NCBI GenBank assembly: GCA_963750585.1
Contig: CAVVRH010000015.1
Location: 3,096 to 67,095 of the forward strand
From: an uncultured beta proteobacterium
GTDB lineage: Bacteria > Pseudomonadota > Gammaproteobacteria > Burkholderiales > Casimicrobiaceae
Direction of reading: 5' to 3'
DNA length: 64,000 nt
Position numbers and translations under genes: made by a program. A model generated the notes under the pieces. The model was not told the origin of the DNA. It did no database searches and was given only the letters and a program-made list of their open reading frames with translations. Positions 31,646-42,119 of this stretch are shown in pieces (within the stretch, counting starts at the first letter, position 1; each line of letters starts with the position of its first letter).

Positions 31646-32079
31646 CTCGCGTCGTCGGCCGCCATTCCGTGCTCCGGGTCGCATCCCCGCGGCAAGCCGC
31701 CGGGCCGCTGCTTCCCCGTCCGCACGTCACGGCCTTCCACCACCAGGCTCGTAACCCCAGACCTCGCGTCGTCGGCCGCTATTCCGTGCTCCGGGTCGCA
31801 TCCCCGCGGCAAGCCGCTGGGCCCCTGCTTCCCCGTCCGCACGTCACGGCCTTCCACCACCAGGCTCGTAACCCCAGACCTCGCGTCGTCGCCGCTATTC
31901 CGTGCTCCGGGTCGCATCCCCGCGGCAAGCCGCTGGGCCCCTGCTTCCCCGTCCGCACGTCACGGCCTTCCACCACCAGGCTCGTAACCCCAGACCTCGC
32001 GTCGTCGGCCGCTATTCCGTGCTCCGGGTCGCATCCCCGCGGCAAGCCGCTGGGCCCCTGCTTCCCCGTCCGCACGTCA
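31646..32079. repeat. Tandem array of a 117-bp unit, ~3.7 copies
   Basis: Units start at 31646, 31763, 31880 (116 bp, one G missing) and 31996 (partial, ends in the pilJ stop codon); near-identical; contains hairpin GCGGC-AA-GCCGC. Confidence 0.97.
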
Positions 32080-34284
32080 TACCTTGAAGCCGGCCACCGA
32101 AGAGCGGAGTTCCGCGGCGAGCTTGGTGAGTTGCCCGATCGACACGTTGGTCTGCTTCGTGCCTTCCGTCGTTTCCTCGGTGATCTTCAGGATCCCCTGC
32201 ATGCCGCGCGTCACGTCCGTCACTGACACGGACTGCATCTGCGTCTGGGTCGTGATCCGACTGATCAGCTCGGCAAGCTCACGTGACACGCGCTGGATCT
32301 CCGTCAGCGCCTGACCGGCCGCGTCGGAGAGCTTGGTCCCTTCGACCACGCCCGTCGTCGTGCGCTCCATGGCGCCGACCGCGTCCTGCGTGTCGGCCTG
32401 AATGGTCTTCACGATGGCCTCGATCTGCTTGGTCGCCTCGCCGGAACGTTCCGCGAGGCGTTGCACTTCTTCCGCCACCACCGTGAAGCCGCGACCGGCC
32501 TCACCGGCGGATGCCGCCTGGATGGCGGCATTCAATGCGAGCACGTTGGTCTGCTCGGTAATGTCCGAGATCAGCTCCACGATTTCGCCGATCTCCAGCG
32601 AGGATTCGCCAAGGCGCTTGATCCGCTTCGACGTGTCCTGGATTTGCGCACGGATCTCGTTCATTCCGTCGATCTGGTTTCTCACCGCCTGCCCGCCCTT
32701 CTCCGCGGCGGACAGCGACTGCTGCGCGACGCGTGCCGACGTCGTGGCGGTCTGTGCGACCTCGTTGATCGACTGAGCCATCGACAGCACGGATGCGGAC
32801 GCGTTCTGGATTTCCTTGTTCTGCCGCTGCGACGCCTCGTACAGGCGGTTCGAGATCGCCTGCGTTTCCTGCGTCGCCTTGGTCACCTGGTCGGTCGCCG
32901 AGTTGATCCCGCGCACCAGCGTACGGAGCTCCTCGATCGTGAAGTTGATCGAGTCCGCGATGGCTCCCGTCACGTCCTCGGTCACCGATGCCTGCACCGT
33001 GAGGTCGCCGTCCGCGAGATTGCCCATCTCGTTCAGCAGCCGCAATATCGCTTCCTGATTGCGCTTGTTCTCCTGCTCCGAGTCGAAAGCGCGCACACGC
33101 GCGTCGTCGAGGAATACCTTGCCGAGCAGCACGAGGCAGGCGAGCGCGAGGAGTCCGAAGATGATCGCCGCCCAGGTCGCAAAGACCCGGGAACGCCCGC
33201 CGCCTTCGAATTCGCCGGCAAGCTTGGTCGAGTCGGCGAGCAACAGCTCCGACTCGTTGTTGATGTTGCGCGCCGACTGCTTGGCGATCGTCAGGCGCTG
33301 CATGTTCTGCAGGATCGCATTGACCCCGCCTTCGTAGACCTGGAAGCGCTTCTGCAGCTCGGCCAGCGTGGCGCGCGCGTCCTCGTTGCGCACCGCAGGC
33401 AGGCGCAGCGGTTCGCTACCCTTCAGCAGGCCGGTCAGGATGTCGCGGAAAGTTCCCGCGTCCTTGCCGAGCAGGAACGCGACCTCGGGATCGATTTCGT
33501 CCGACGAGGCGAGCGCATTCGCGTTCTTCGCGATTCGCTGCGAGAGCACCGCCAGCTGGTTCGTGTATTCGATCTCGCGCAGGCTGCCGCCGCTCTGGCC
33601 GACCTGTTGCGCAGACTGCTGGGCGAGCTCGAGAATCGCGCTGTTGCCCTGGTTGATCCCCTCGAGACCCTTGGCGAGCGTGGTCAGCGCCACCTCGTTG
33701 CTTTGCAGGCGTTCCGCGGACGCGTCCACCTTTTCCCAGCGTCCCTTGATCGTGTTGAGGAGCTCGACCACGCGCGGGTCCTGCGGCACGTCGAGGTTGA
33801 CGCCACGCACGGTGCCGCCTTCGAGCAGCGCCGTCAGGTCGTTCTTGAAGCGCTCGCGGCTGTCTCGCACTGCCGGGAACGCGGCGGACTGTCCCTGGGC
33901 GGCCAGCGCGCTGCCGCGCGCGAGCCGCTGCGACAGCATCTGCATTTCGGTCGCGGTCGCCTGCGCGGCCGCACCCTGCGAGGCCGTCCGGCCCTCGAGG
34001 AACACCATGAACGCCGCGAATACGAGGAATGTCGCCATCAGCACGCCGAGCACCTGGAACTGCTTGACGAGCGGCATGTGACCGATCACCGGGAGCTTGC
34101 GCGGCACCGCAATCGCCGATGTGGCGGTGCGAAGCTGCTCCATGATCGACACCGACGCGAGCGGATCGTAGTCCGCCGGCGTGTTCTGCCCCATCCGCAC
34201 CTGGGTGGTCGGAATGTCGACGTCGGCCTCGGCGGCCGCCTTGAGCTTCGCTTCCCCGAACAGCTTAGGGATCTTCAACGCCAT
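32077..34284 (-). CDS. pilJ: Type IV pilus methyl-accepting chemotaxis protein
   Basis: Two TMs, 'QMLSQRLA' PilJ domains, HAMP, MCP hairpin '[34 protein letters not shown]'. Confidence 0.95.
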   Translation of the reverse strand: MALKIPKLFGEAKLKAAAEADVDIPTTQVRMGQNTPADYDPLASVSIMEQLRTATSAIAVPRKLPVIGHMPLVKQFQVLGVLMATFLVFAAFMVFLEGRTASQGAAAQATATEMQMLSQRLARGSALAAQGQSAAFPAVRDSRERFKNDLTALLEGGTVRGVNLDVPQDPRVVELLNTIKGRWEKVDASAERLQSNEVALTTLAKGLEGINQGNSAILELAQQSAQQVGQSGGSLREIEYTNQLAVLSQRIAKNANALASSDEIDPEVAFLLGKDAGTFRDILTGLLKGSEPLRLPAVRNEDARATLAELQKRFQVYEGGVNAILQNMQRLTIAKQSARNINNESELLLADSTKLAGEFEGGGRSRVFATWAAIIFGLLALACLVLLGKVFLDDARVRAFDSEQENKRNQEAILRLLNEMGNLADGDLTVQASVTEDVTGAIADSINFTIEELRTLVRGINSATDQVTKATQETQAISNRLYEASQRQNKEIQNASASVLSMAQSINEVAQTATTSARVAQQSLSAAEKGGQAVRNQIDGMNEIRAQIQDTSKRIKRLGESSLEIGEIVELISDITEQTNVLALNAAIQAASAGEAGRGFTVVAEEVQRLAERSGEATKQIEAIVKTIQADTQDAVGAMERTTTGVVEGTKLSDAAGQALTEIQRVSRELAELISRITTQTQMQSVSVTDVTRGMQGILKITEETTEGTKQTNVSIGQLTKLAAELRSSVAGFKV

Positions 34285-34315
34285 GTCTCCTCCAGTGCCC
34301 CGGTTGCGAAGCCCG

Positions 34316-34837
34316 TCACGCTCCGACCTGCAGGAACGACGGGTCGCGGGCGAGCTTCGCAAGATCGATTTCCTGCCAGGCGCTGCCCTCTGCATCCATC
34401 CATCGCTGCGCGTACCAGGCGGGCGCGTCGGCCGCGGGGGCCGCGGGCGCGAGTTCCGCGAGGTTGCGCAGCCCCAGCACGCGCGTCACGACCAGTCCCG
34501 CGTTCATCTCACCGGCGCGCGGACCGAACAACACGAGTCGGCTCTGGGTGGTCGCAGGCGCACCCGGCCGCCCGAGGAAGCCCGCAAAATCGATCACGCT
34601 GTAGAGGTTTCCGCGAATGTTCGCGATACCGAGGAACCAGTCGCGCGTGAGGGGCACGCGTGCGACGTTCGGCACGGTGATCACCTCCCCCGCGTCGGAA
34701 AGCCGGATCAGCCACTGCTCACCGGCGCAGGCGAGACCGAGCCGCGAGCTTTCGACCTGCGCGGCGGTCTTGCTCGCGAGTCGGGTCGCGAGTTCCTGCT
34801 GGAACAGGCGCAAATCGAGTTTGGCGGCACGGGCCAT
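34316..34837 (-). CDS. pilI: CheW-like protein
   Basis: '[23 protein letters not shown]'; position between pilH and pilJ. Confidence 0.9.
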   Translation of the reverse strand: MARAAKLDLRLFQQELATRLASKTAAQVESSRLGLACAGEQWLIRLSDAGEVITVPNVARVPLTRDWFLGIANIRGNLYSVIDFAGFLGRPGAPATTQSRLVLFGPRAGEMNAGLVVTRVLGLRNLAELAPAAPAADAPAWYAQRWMDAEGSAWQEIDLAKLARDPSFLQVGA

Positions 34838-34865
34838 GGGCGGGGCGGGCGGAAGTGGGCAGGCG

Positions 34866-35231
34866 TTAGCCGATGGCACCGATCTTCGCGAGCAACTCCT
34901 CGCGGCGAACGGGCTTCACGATGTAGTCGCGGGCACCCTGGCGCATGCCCCATATCTTGTCGGTCTCCTGGCTCTTCGACGTGCACAGGATGATCGGGAT
35001 CGACTTGGTGTCAGGATCGCGGCTGATCGCGCGCGTCGCCTGGAATCCGTTTAGACCGGGCATGACGACGTCCATCAGGATGAGGTCCGGCTTGACGGAC
35101 CGCGCCTTCTGGATCGCGTCTTCGCCGTTGTCGCTTGCGACTACTTCGTAGCCGGCCTTCGTCAGCATGTCGTTCAGCACATGCCGTTCGGTCGGCGAGT
35201 CGTCGACGATGAGAATTCTCTTGATCGCCAT
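34866..35231 (-). CDS. pilH: Single-domain response regulator
   Basis: '[10 protein letters not shown]', '[16 protein letters not shown]', '[15 protein letters not shown]'. Confidence 0.93.
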   Translation of the reverse strand: MAIKRILIVDDSPTERHVLNDMLTKAGYEVVASDNGEDAIQKARSVKPDLILMDVVMPGLNGFQATRAISRDPDTKSIPIILCTSKSQETDKIWGMRQGARDYIVKPVRREELLAKIGAIG

Positions 35232-35348
35232 GGCTTTCCCTTGTTCACTCCTCATCCACGTCCGCGGGTTTCTCCGCTCGGCCCTGAGGGCCCGGCGGCC
35301 CGCCGTCCGCGCAGCGAGGCGGAAGGCGGGACCTGCGGCCGCTCGCCC

Positions 35349-35759
35349 CTAGGCGGCGGCCTTCACGTGTGCGGCGACGGCCTTCAGCAGGCTCTCCTTG
35401 GTAAAGGGTTTGGTCAGGTATTGGTCCGAGCCGACCATGCGGCCGCGGGCCCGGTCGAACAGACCGTCCTTCGACGACAGCATGATCACCGGCGTGTGAC
35501 GGAATCGGGTGTTCTTCTTGATCAGCGCACACGTCTGGTAACCATCCAGCCTCGGCATCATGATGTCGACGAAGACGAGATCCGGCTGGTGATCGGCGAT
35601 CTTGGCGAGCGCATCGAAGCCGTCCTCGGCGAGGATGACCGTGCAACCTGCCTGCAACAGGAAGATCTCGGCGCTTCGGCGAATGGTGTTCGAATCATCG
35701 ATCACCATCACCTTGACGCCCGATAATGGGTTCTGGTCCGGCAAGTCGCTTCCCTTCAT
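35349..35759 (-). CDS. pilG: Single-domain response regulator
   Basis: 'VMVIDDSNTIRRSAE', 'DIMMPRLDGYQTCALIK', 'SSKDGLFDRARGR'. Confidence 0.95.
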   Translation of the reverse strand: MKGSDLPDQNPLSGVKVMVIDDSNTIRRSAEIFLLQAGCTVILAEDGFDALAKIADHQPDLVFVDIMMPRLDGYQTCALIKKNTRFRHTPVIMLSSKDGLFDRARGRMVGSDQYLTKPFTKESLLKAVAAHVKAAA

Positions 35760-36130
35760 CGCATCAGGGATCGCAAGTCGCAACCCCACCGGCCTGTAGG
35801 CCACACGTTGAGCTCGGCCGAGTGTGCCACGGCCCAAGTCCCGTGACTAGAGCATAAACCTTGCCGGAATCGGCGCCGGCGGGTCGAATTGGCTCAAACC
35901 CAACACTGGAACAATTTTCGCCGGGTTGCGCTGCCGTGGAGCGGCAGGGGTTGCCGCGCTGCGGTCAAGGCGCGAGCCTGGGGGTCTCAGGGAGCCTCCG
36001 CAAGACCCTCGCAGGGCCGCGCCGTACGGCAAGATTGCGGATGGCGGTGCGCCGAAAGACGTGGCCGTCGGCCGAGCCTACGAAGCCGAGGAGCGAGGCA
36101 GCCGAATTCGGCCGCCGCCCGGTCCTCCAG

Positions 36131-37645
36131 CTAGTGGCCGAGGAACAGCCGGTACGCCGGGTTGGCCGTCTCGTCCACGTAGTCGTAACCAAGGCGGTCG
36201 AGGAAGCGGCGGAATTCGGCCGTGTCCGAGGGTGGGACCTGCATGCCGACCAGCACCCGGCCGTAATCGGCGCCGTGATTGCGATAGTGGAACAGGCTGA
36301 TGTTCCAGCCGGCGCTCATGCTGTCCAGGAATTGCATCAGCGCGCCCGGCCGCTCGGGGAACTCGAAGCGATAAAGGATCTCGTTCTCCGCCGCGGGCGC
36401 GTGCCCTCCGACAAGATGGCGCACGTGCAGCTTGGCCATCTCGTTGTCGGTCAGGTCGAGCGCATCGATTCGCCGTTGCTTGAGCTGGGCGAGCAGGTGC
36501 GCGGTTTCCTGACGGTCGGCAACCTCGATACCGACGAAGAGATGCGCGGACTTCGGATCGGCAAAGCGATAGTTGAACTCGGTGATCGAGCGGCGACCGA
36601 CGAGCTCGATGAAGCTCCGGAAGCTGCCCGGGCGCTCCGGAATCGTGACCGCAAGCAGCGCTTCCCGGCGCTCCCCCACCTCAGCGCGCTCGGCGACGAA
36701 GCGCAGCCGGTCGAAGTTCATGTTGGCGCCGCACGCGATCGCAACATACGTATGGTCCTTGGTCCGGTGCCGCTCCACCCACGCCTTGACGCCCGCCACC
36801 GACAATGCCCCGGCGGGCTCCAGAATCGAGCGCGTGTCCTCGAATACGTCCTTGAGCGCGGCGCAGGTCGCATCCGTGTCGACCAGCACCATCTCGTCCA
36901 CCAGCTCCCGGGCAATGCGAAACGTTTCCTTGCCGACCTGCTTCACCGCGACGCCGTCGGCGAACAGCCCGACGTGGGGCAGCTTGACCCGACGGCCTGC
37001 GGCGAGCGATCGCGTCATCGCATCCGAGTCGACGGGCTGCACGCCGATCACCTTGATCTCGGGCCGCACGCGCTTCACGTACGAGGCAATTCCTGCGATC
37101 AGCCCGCCGCCGCCGACGGCAACGAAGATCGCGTCGAGCGGCGCCTGCCACTGGCGCAGGATCTCCATGCCGATCGTGCCTTGCCCCGCGATGACATCAG
37201 GGTCGTCGTAGGGATGGACGAACGTCGCGCCCGACTCGCGCTGGAGCATGCTCGCGTGCTCGTAGGCGTCGCTGTACGAATCACCGTGCAGCACGACCTT
37301 CGCTCCGCGTCCCTCGACCGCCGCAATCTTGATGTGGGGCGTGGTCACCGGCATCACGATCGTCGCCGTGCAGCCCAGGGTCTGCGCGGCCAGTGCAACG
37401 CCCTGCGCATGGTTGCCGGCGGAGGCGGCGATCACGCCGCGCGCGCGCTCCGCGGGCGCAAGCTGCGCCATCTTGTTGTAGGCGCCGCGCAACTTGAACG
37501 AGAACACTGGCTGCTCGTCCTCGCGCTTGAGCAGCACGCGGTTACGGAGCCTTCGCGATAGCGTGGGCGCGAGATCGAGCGGCGACTCGATCGCGACGTC
37601 GTAGACTTTCGCAGTCAGGATCTTCTGCAGGTAGTCGATCGGCAT
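36131..37645 (-). CDS. ilvA: Threonine ammonia-lyase, biosynthetic
   Basis: 'KRED.QPVFSFKLRGAYN', 'SAGNHAQG', 'GGGGL', regulatory 'PERPG' repeats. Confidence 0.97.
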   Translation of the reverse strand: MPIDYLQKILTAKVYDVAIESPLDLAPTLSRRLRNRVLLKREDEQPVFSFKLRGAYNKMAQLAPAERARGVIAASAGNHAQGVALAAQTLGCTATIVMPVTTPHIKIAAVEGRGAKVVLHGDSYSDAYEHASMLQRESGATFVHPYDDPDVIAGQGTIGMEILRQWQAPLDAIFVAVGGGGLIAGIASYVKRVRPEIKVIGVQPVDSDAMTRSLAAGRRVKLPHVGLFADGVAVKQVGKETFRIARELVDEMVLVDTDATCAALKDVFEDTRSILEPAGALSVAGVKAWVERHRTKDHTYVAIACGANMNFDRLRFVAERAEVGERREALLAVTIPERPGSFRSFIELVGRRSITEFNYRFADPKSAHLFVGIEVADRQETAHLLAQLKQRRIDALDLTDNEMAKLHVRHLVGGHAPAAENEILYRFEFPERPGALMQFLDSMSAGWNISLFHYRNHGADYGRVLVGMQVPPSDTAEFRRFLDRLGYDYVDETANPAYRLFLGH

Positions 37646-37889
37646 GGGTGGGCGGGGGGCTTGCGGGCGAGAGCAGCCAGTGACTTTAGCATCTGCGGCA
37701 CAGGCGGTCGCTGTGCGAAGCGACGCGACGACGCGGGCACCCTCGAACGCGCCAGATCGCATTGCGGTTTCATCGCTGTGCGTGCTCAACTTCCATGTTA
37801 CGGAACACGCCTGGACGTCCTTCGCAGCAACCACCTGAAAGACCGGCGAAGTGGCCCCACGCCGCCCTCCCTGCTACCCTTCCGCCACC

Positions 37890-39368
37890 ATGCCGAATCG
37901 ATCCTCGACACCGACGATGCTCGCCGTCGTCGACATGGGCAGCAACAGCTTCCGGCTCGAGGTCGGCCGCGTCGAGGGTGACCAGATCTTCCGCCTCGAC
38001 ACCTGGCGGGAGACGCTGCGCATCGGCGCCGGGATCGACGCGAAGGGACGACTCACTCCGCTGGCCCAGCGCGTTGCGCTCGCATGCCTCGCGCGCTTCG
38101 CCGAGCGCCTGCGCGGCCTGCACCCGGCCGCGGTGCGAGTCGTGGCGACGAACACCTTCCGCATGGCACCCAATGCGGCCCAGTTCCTGCCGCGCGCGGA
38201 AGCGGTCCTCGGGTTCCCCATCGACGTCATTGGCGGGCACGAGGAAGCGCGGCTCATCTATCTCGGCGTCGCGCACGTACTGCCCGCCTCCCAGGCTCCG
38301 CGGCTCGTCATCGACATCGGCGGCGGCTCGACCGAGTTCATCATCGGGCAAGGCCTCGAGCCCTTGCGCCTCGAATCGCTGAAACTCGGCTGCGTCTCGA
38401 TGTCGAGCCGATTCTTTGCGGACGGGGCACTCTCGGCACGCGCCTTCCATGCGGCCGAGACCCACGCGCGTGCCGAAATCGAGGCCATCGCATGGGAATT
38501 CGGACGCGAACACTGGCAGGAAGCGTACGCGTCGTCCGGAACCGCCCTTGCGCTCGCGGAAATCCTGGAAGGCAACGGGCTGTCCGCGGGCGGGATCACG
38601 CCGGAGGGGCTCGCGCGCCTGCGCAAGCGGATGATCGGCGCGGGCCATGTGAGAAAGCTCAAGCTCGAGGGGCTCAAGCCACCGCGCGTACCGGTGCTCG
38701 CCGGCGGCTTCGCGGTGATGACTGCCGCCCTCGCCGAATTGCGCGTCCCGCGCATCAATCCGGTTGGTGGTGCGCTACGACTCGGCGTTCTCTACGACCT
38801 GCTCGGGCGCACCGCGGACCGCGACATCCGCGCAGTCACCGTCGAGCGCTTCCTCGAGCGGTACCGCGCAGATCGCGAACACGCGCAGCGTGTCGCCCGC
38901 ATGGCACGCGCGCTCTATCACAAGTCCGTCGAAAACCCCGACCCGGGCGCCGAGCAGCGGGTCGCGTGGGCGGGCCTGCTGCACGAGATCGGCCTCACCG
39001 TGTCGCACATCGGTTTTCACAAGCATGGTGCGTACATTCTCGAGAATGCCGATATGCCGGGGTTCTCGGCGAGCGAGCAGCGCAGGCTAGCGTTCCTGGT
39101 GCTCGGCTGTCGCGGCGGTCTCGGCAAGATGCTGCCGGTGCTGGGAGACGCCGACGTTCGCGCGCAGTTGCTCGCACTGCGCCTTGCCGTGCTGTTCCAT
39201 CATGCGCGAAGGCCCGTCGAGGCGCCGCGCATTGCGCTCGCGGCGGGACGAAGCGTCGAGTTCGGTATCTCATCGCGCTGGCTCAAGGCGCATCCGCTTA
39301 CCGCCCATCTGCTCGACAAGGAACGCGGCGAATGGCAGGCGGCCGGCTTCGCCTGGAAGACGGCATAG
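37890..39368 (+). CDS. ppx: Exopolyphosphatase (Ppx/GppA family)
   Basis: 'DMGSNSFRL', 'G.EEARLIYLG', 'DIGGGSTE', 'LLHEIG'. Confidence 0.93.
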   Translation: MPNRSSTPTMLAVVDMGSNSFRLEVGRVEGDQIFRLDTWRETLRIGAGIDAKGRLTPLAQRVALACLARFAERLRGLHPAAVRVVATNTFRMAPNAAQFLPRAEAVLGFPIDVIGGHEEARLIYLGVAHVLPASQAPRLVIDIGGGSTEFIIGQGLEPLRLESLKLGCVSMSSRFFADGALSARAFHAAETHARAEIEAIAWEFGREHWQEAYASSGTALALAEILEGNGLSAGGITPEGLARLRKRMIGAGHVRKLKLEGLKPPRVPVLAGGFAVMTAALAELRVPRINPVGGALRLGVLYDLLGRTADRDIRAVTVERFLERYRADREHAQRVARMARALYHKSVENPDPGAEQRVAWAGLLHEIGLTVSHIGFHKHGAYILENADMPGFSASEQRRLAFLVLGCRGGLGKMLPVLGDADVRAQLLALRLAVLFHHARRPVEAPRIALAAGRSVEFGISSRWLKAHPLTAHLLDKERGEWQAAGFAWKTA

Positions 39369-39383
39369 CAGGCACGTGCCGTT

Positions 39384-39836
39384 TCAGACGAAGTCCGGGC
39401 CCAGCACGACGCGCAGCACGACGCCGGTGTCGCCGTTACGGGCGCGGTTGGAAAGCCACCATACGGCGCCTTTCTTGATCGACCAGTAGGCCGGCTCGCC
39501 GGAGAGCAGGAACGCGGCAACTTCTCCGAGCGTCGGCTGGTGGCCCACGATCAGCACCGACTCGCGCGAGTCGGGCCAGTTGGCGGCCGCCAGTACGGCA
39601 TCGGGCGTTGCACCGGGCGCGAGATCCGCAATCGTCTTGAACTTCCGCTTGAGCGCAAGCGCCGTCTGTTGCGCGCGGTCCGCGGGGGACACCAGCATGC
39701 GGCACGTGTCTGGCAGATGCCGTTCGAGCCATTCAGCCATGCGCTCTGCCTGCTTATGCCCTTTGGCCGTCAGCCCGCGCCCGAGATCGGGTTCCCCGGG
39801 CTCCGCTTCCGCATGACGCCACAGGATCAGATCCAC
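39384..39836 (-). CDS. sixA: Phosphohistidine phosphatase SixA family
   Basis: 'LILWRHAEA', 'SPA.RAQQT', 'VGHQP'. Confidence 0.85.
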   Translation of the reverse strand: MDLILWRHAEAEPGEPDLGRGLTAKGHKQAERMAEWLERHLPDTCRMLVSPADRAQQTALALKRKFKTIADLAPGATPDAVLAAANWPDSRESVLIVGHQPTLGEVAAFLLSGEPAYWSIKKGAVWWLSNRARNGDTGVVLRVVLGPDFV

Positions 39837-39902
39837 GCTTGCACTCCATTGCGTCCAAACGTGCCTGAAGTCGGCTGCTTCGATGCGCTTGTCGACATGG
39901 CG

Positions 39903-42053
39903 CTAGCCGCGCTGTTCGGGAAAACGCAGGCGGTCGAGCAGCGTCGCCTGCGCGGAGAATCGCTTCTCGCCCGGACCCGGTGCGCGCTTCACCCAATCGC
40001 CGCTTCCCTGCAACTCCCACGCATCGCAATTGTCCGCCAGATACACATCGAGCCCCTCCTCGATCACGCGCCGCTTCAACACCGGATCGCGCACCGGAAA
40101 GGCGACCTCAATCCTCCGGAACAGGTTTCGGCCCATCCAGTCCGCGGAGGCAAGCCACACGTCGTGATCGCCGTTGTTGTCGAAACACCAGACGCGATGA
40201 TGCTCGAGAAAGCGGCCGAGGATCGAACGCACCTGGATATTCTCGCTCATGCCGGGCACGCCGGGCCGCAGCGAGCAGGCGCCGCGCACGATCAAGTCGA
40301 TCCGCACCCCCGCATCCGACGCAGCATAGAGCGCTCGTATCACGCCCTCTTCCACCAGGGCATTCATCTTGGCGCGAATGCGCGCTGGACGCCCCTCGCG
40401 GGCATTGCGCGCCTCGCGCCGGATCATGTCGACGATGCGCCGGTGCATCGTAAATGGCGCGAGCAGGAGGCGCTTCAAACGGCCGGGCTTGGCGAGGCTC
40501 GTGATGTGAAGGAAGACCTCGTTCACGTCGCGGCAGATCTCCGGATCCACCGTAAGGAGGCCAAAGTCACTGTAGAGCCGGGTCGTGCGCGGATGATAGT
40601 TGCCGGTACCGAGGTGCGCATAGGAAGCGAGTCGCATGCGCCCGCTCGCGTCGGGCTCGCGCCGCAGGACCAGCGCGAGCTTTGCGTGCGTCTTGAGTCC
40701 GAAAACGCCGTAGACGACCTGCGCACCAGCCTGCTCGAGCTTCTCCGCCCAGTTGATGTTGGCCTCCTCGTCGAAGCGTGCCATCAACTCGACGACGACC
40801 GTCACCTCCTTGCCGCGCCGCGCCGCGTGCACGAGGGCCTCCATCAGTGCCGAATTGACCCCGGTGCGATAGACCGTCTGCTTGACCGCGACGATGTCGG
40901 GATCCTCCGCCGCACGGCGGATCAGTTCCACGACCGGCTCGAACGACTGGTACGGGTGGTGCAGCAGGATGTCCCGCTGGCGCATGACCGCGAGCACGTC
41001 AGTGCCCGGAGGAAGTGCATCCGGCATCCCGGGCAGAAAGGCCGGAAACTTGAGCGAGTCGTCGTCGACCTGGTCGATCAGCGACTGCATCCGCATGATG
41101 TTGACGGGACCGTCGCAGCGATACAGGTCCGCCTCGGTCAATTCAAAATGTGTGAGCAGGAACCGGGCGAGATGATCCGGGCAGGAGGCCGCAACTTCGA
41201 GGCGCAACGGAAAGCCGAACTGGCGCTGCGGCAACTCGCCCTGCAGCGCTTGGCGCAGGTTCTTCACCTCCTCCTCGTCGATCCACAGATCAGCATCGCG
41301 GGTCACCCGGAACTGCGAGTACGCAACGATTTCGCGACCGGGGAACAGATCGGCAAGGTGCGCATGGATGATCGAGGACAGCAGCAGGAACTCGTTCGGC
41401 GCTTCCGCAACTTCCTGAGGCAACTTGATGATGCGCGGCAACAGGCGCGGGGCCTTGACGATCGCGATCGCGGTGTCGCGCCCGAATGCATCGCGGCCCG
41501 AAAGCTCGACGACGAAGTTGAGCGACTTGTTGAGAACCTGCGGGAAGGGGTGCGCCGGATCGAGACCGATCGGGGTTAACAAAGGACGCACTTCGCGCGC
41601 GAAGAAATCCGCGACCCATGCGCGCTCGGCCGGCGAGCGGTCGCCGTGGCGAACAAGGCGGATGCCGTGCTGCTCGAGCGCCGGCAGCACCCGCTCGTTC
41701 AGCGCCCGGTATTGGTCGGTGACCAGCGCGCGGGCGACCTCGCCGATCTCGGTCAGGCAGGAACGCAGTTCCTGCAGCGTCATTCCGCCGGGCGGCAATC
41801 GCGTGCGAAGCTGCTCCTTCAGCCCCGCCACGCGGATCTCGAAGAATTCGTCGAGGTTGCTGCCAACGATACATAGGTAACGCAGCCGCTCGAGCACCGG
41901 GATGGCCGGTTCCTCGGCCAGAGCGAGTACCCGGCGGTGAAACGCGAGCAGCGAAAGCTCGCGATTGAGTGGTGCAGTGGCGTGCATCAACGTCGACGAT
42001 GGGGGATGCAGCGCGGTCCTGGACGACACGGCGGCGGGAACAAAGTCCGACAT
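39903..42053 (-). CDS. ppk1: Polyphosphate kinase 1
   Basis: 'NRELS', 'NLDEFFEIRV', 'LHHPYQSF', 'ARFDEEANI', 'KTHAK', 'GRFLEH'; start may be 42053 or 41987. Confidence 0.96.
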   Translation of the reverse strand: MSDFVPAAVSSRTALHPPSSTLMHATAPLNRELSLLAFHRRVLALAEEPAIPVLERLRYLCIVGSNLDEFFEIRVAGLKEQLRTRLPPGGMTLQELRSCLTEIGEVARALVTDQYRALNERVLPALEQHGIRLVRHGDRSPAERAWVADFFAREVRPLLTPIGLDPAHPFPQVLNKSLNFVVELSGRDAFGRDTAIAIVKAPRLLPRIIKLPQEVAEAPNEFLLLSSIIHAHLADLFPGREIVAYSQFRVTRDADLWIDEEEVKNLRQALQGELPQRQFGFPLRLEVAASCPDHLARFLLTHFELTEADLYRCDGPVNIMRMQSLIDQVDDDSLKFPAFLPGMPDALPPGTDVLAVMRQRDILLHHPYQSFEPVVELIRRAAEDPDIVAVKQTVYRTGVNSALMEALVHAARRGKEVTVVVELMARFDEEANINWAEKLEQAGAQVVYGVFGLKTHAKLALVLRREPDASGRMRLASYAHLGTGNYHPRTTRLYSDFGLLTVDPEICRDVNEVFLHITSLAKPGRLKRLLLAPFTMHRRIVDMIRREARNAREGRPARIRAKMNALVEEGVIRALYAASDAGVRIDLIVRGACSLRPGVPGMSENIQVRSILGRFLEHHRVWCFDNNGDHDVWLASADWMGRNLFRRIEVAFPVRDPVLKRRVIEEGLDVYLADNCDAWELQGSGDWVKRAPGPGEKRFSAQATLLDRLRFPEQRG

Positions 42054-42119
42054 CCTGGACGAGGGCCGTTGCGATTGCATGACAGTTCGCGGTGCGGCGG
42101 CCGCTTCGCCGCGTTGGGG

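Noticed and set aside
31646-32079. CRISPR array interpretation of the repeats
   Set aside because: Whole 117-bp units are near-identical, there are no unique spacers and no cas genes in the window
27010-32226. Very long + strand ORFs (792 and 932 aa) opposite chpA; similar shadows opposite fusA-like, spoT and ppk1
   Set aside because: Antisense shadows expected from high-GC codon usage; no recognisable motifs
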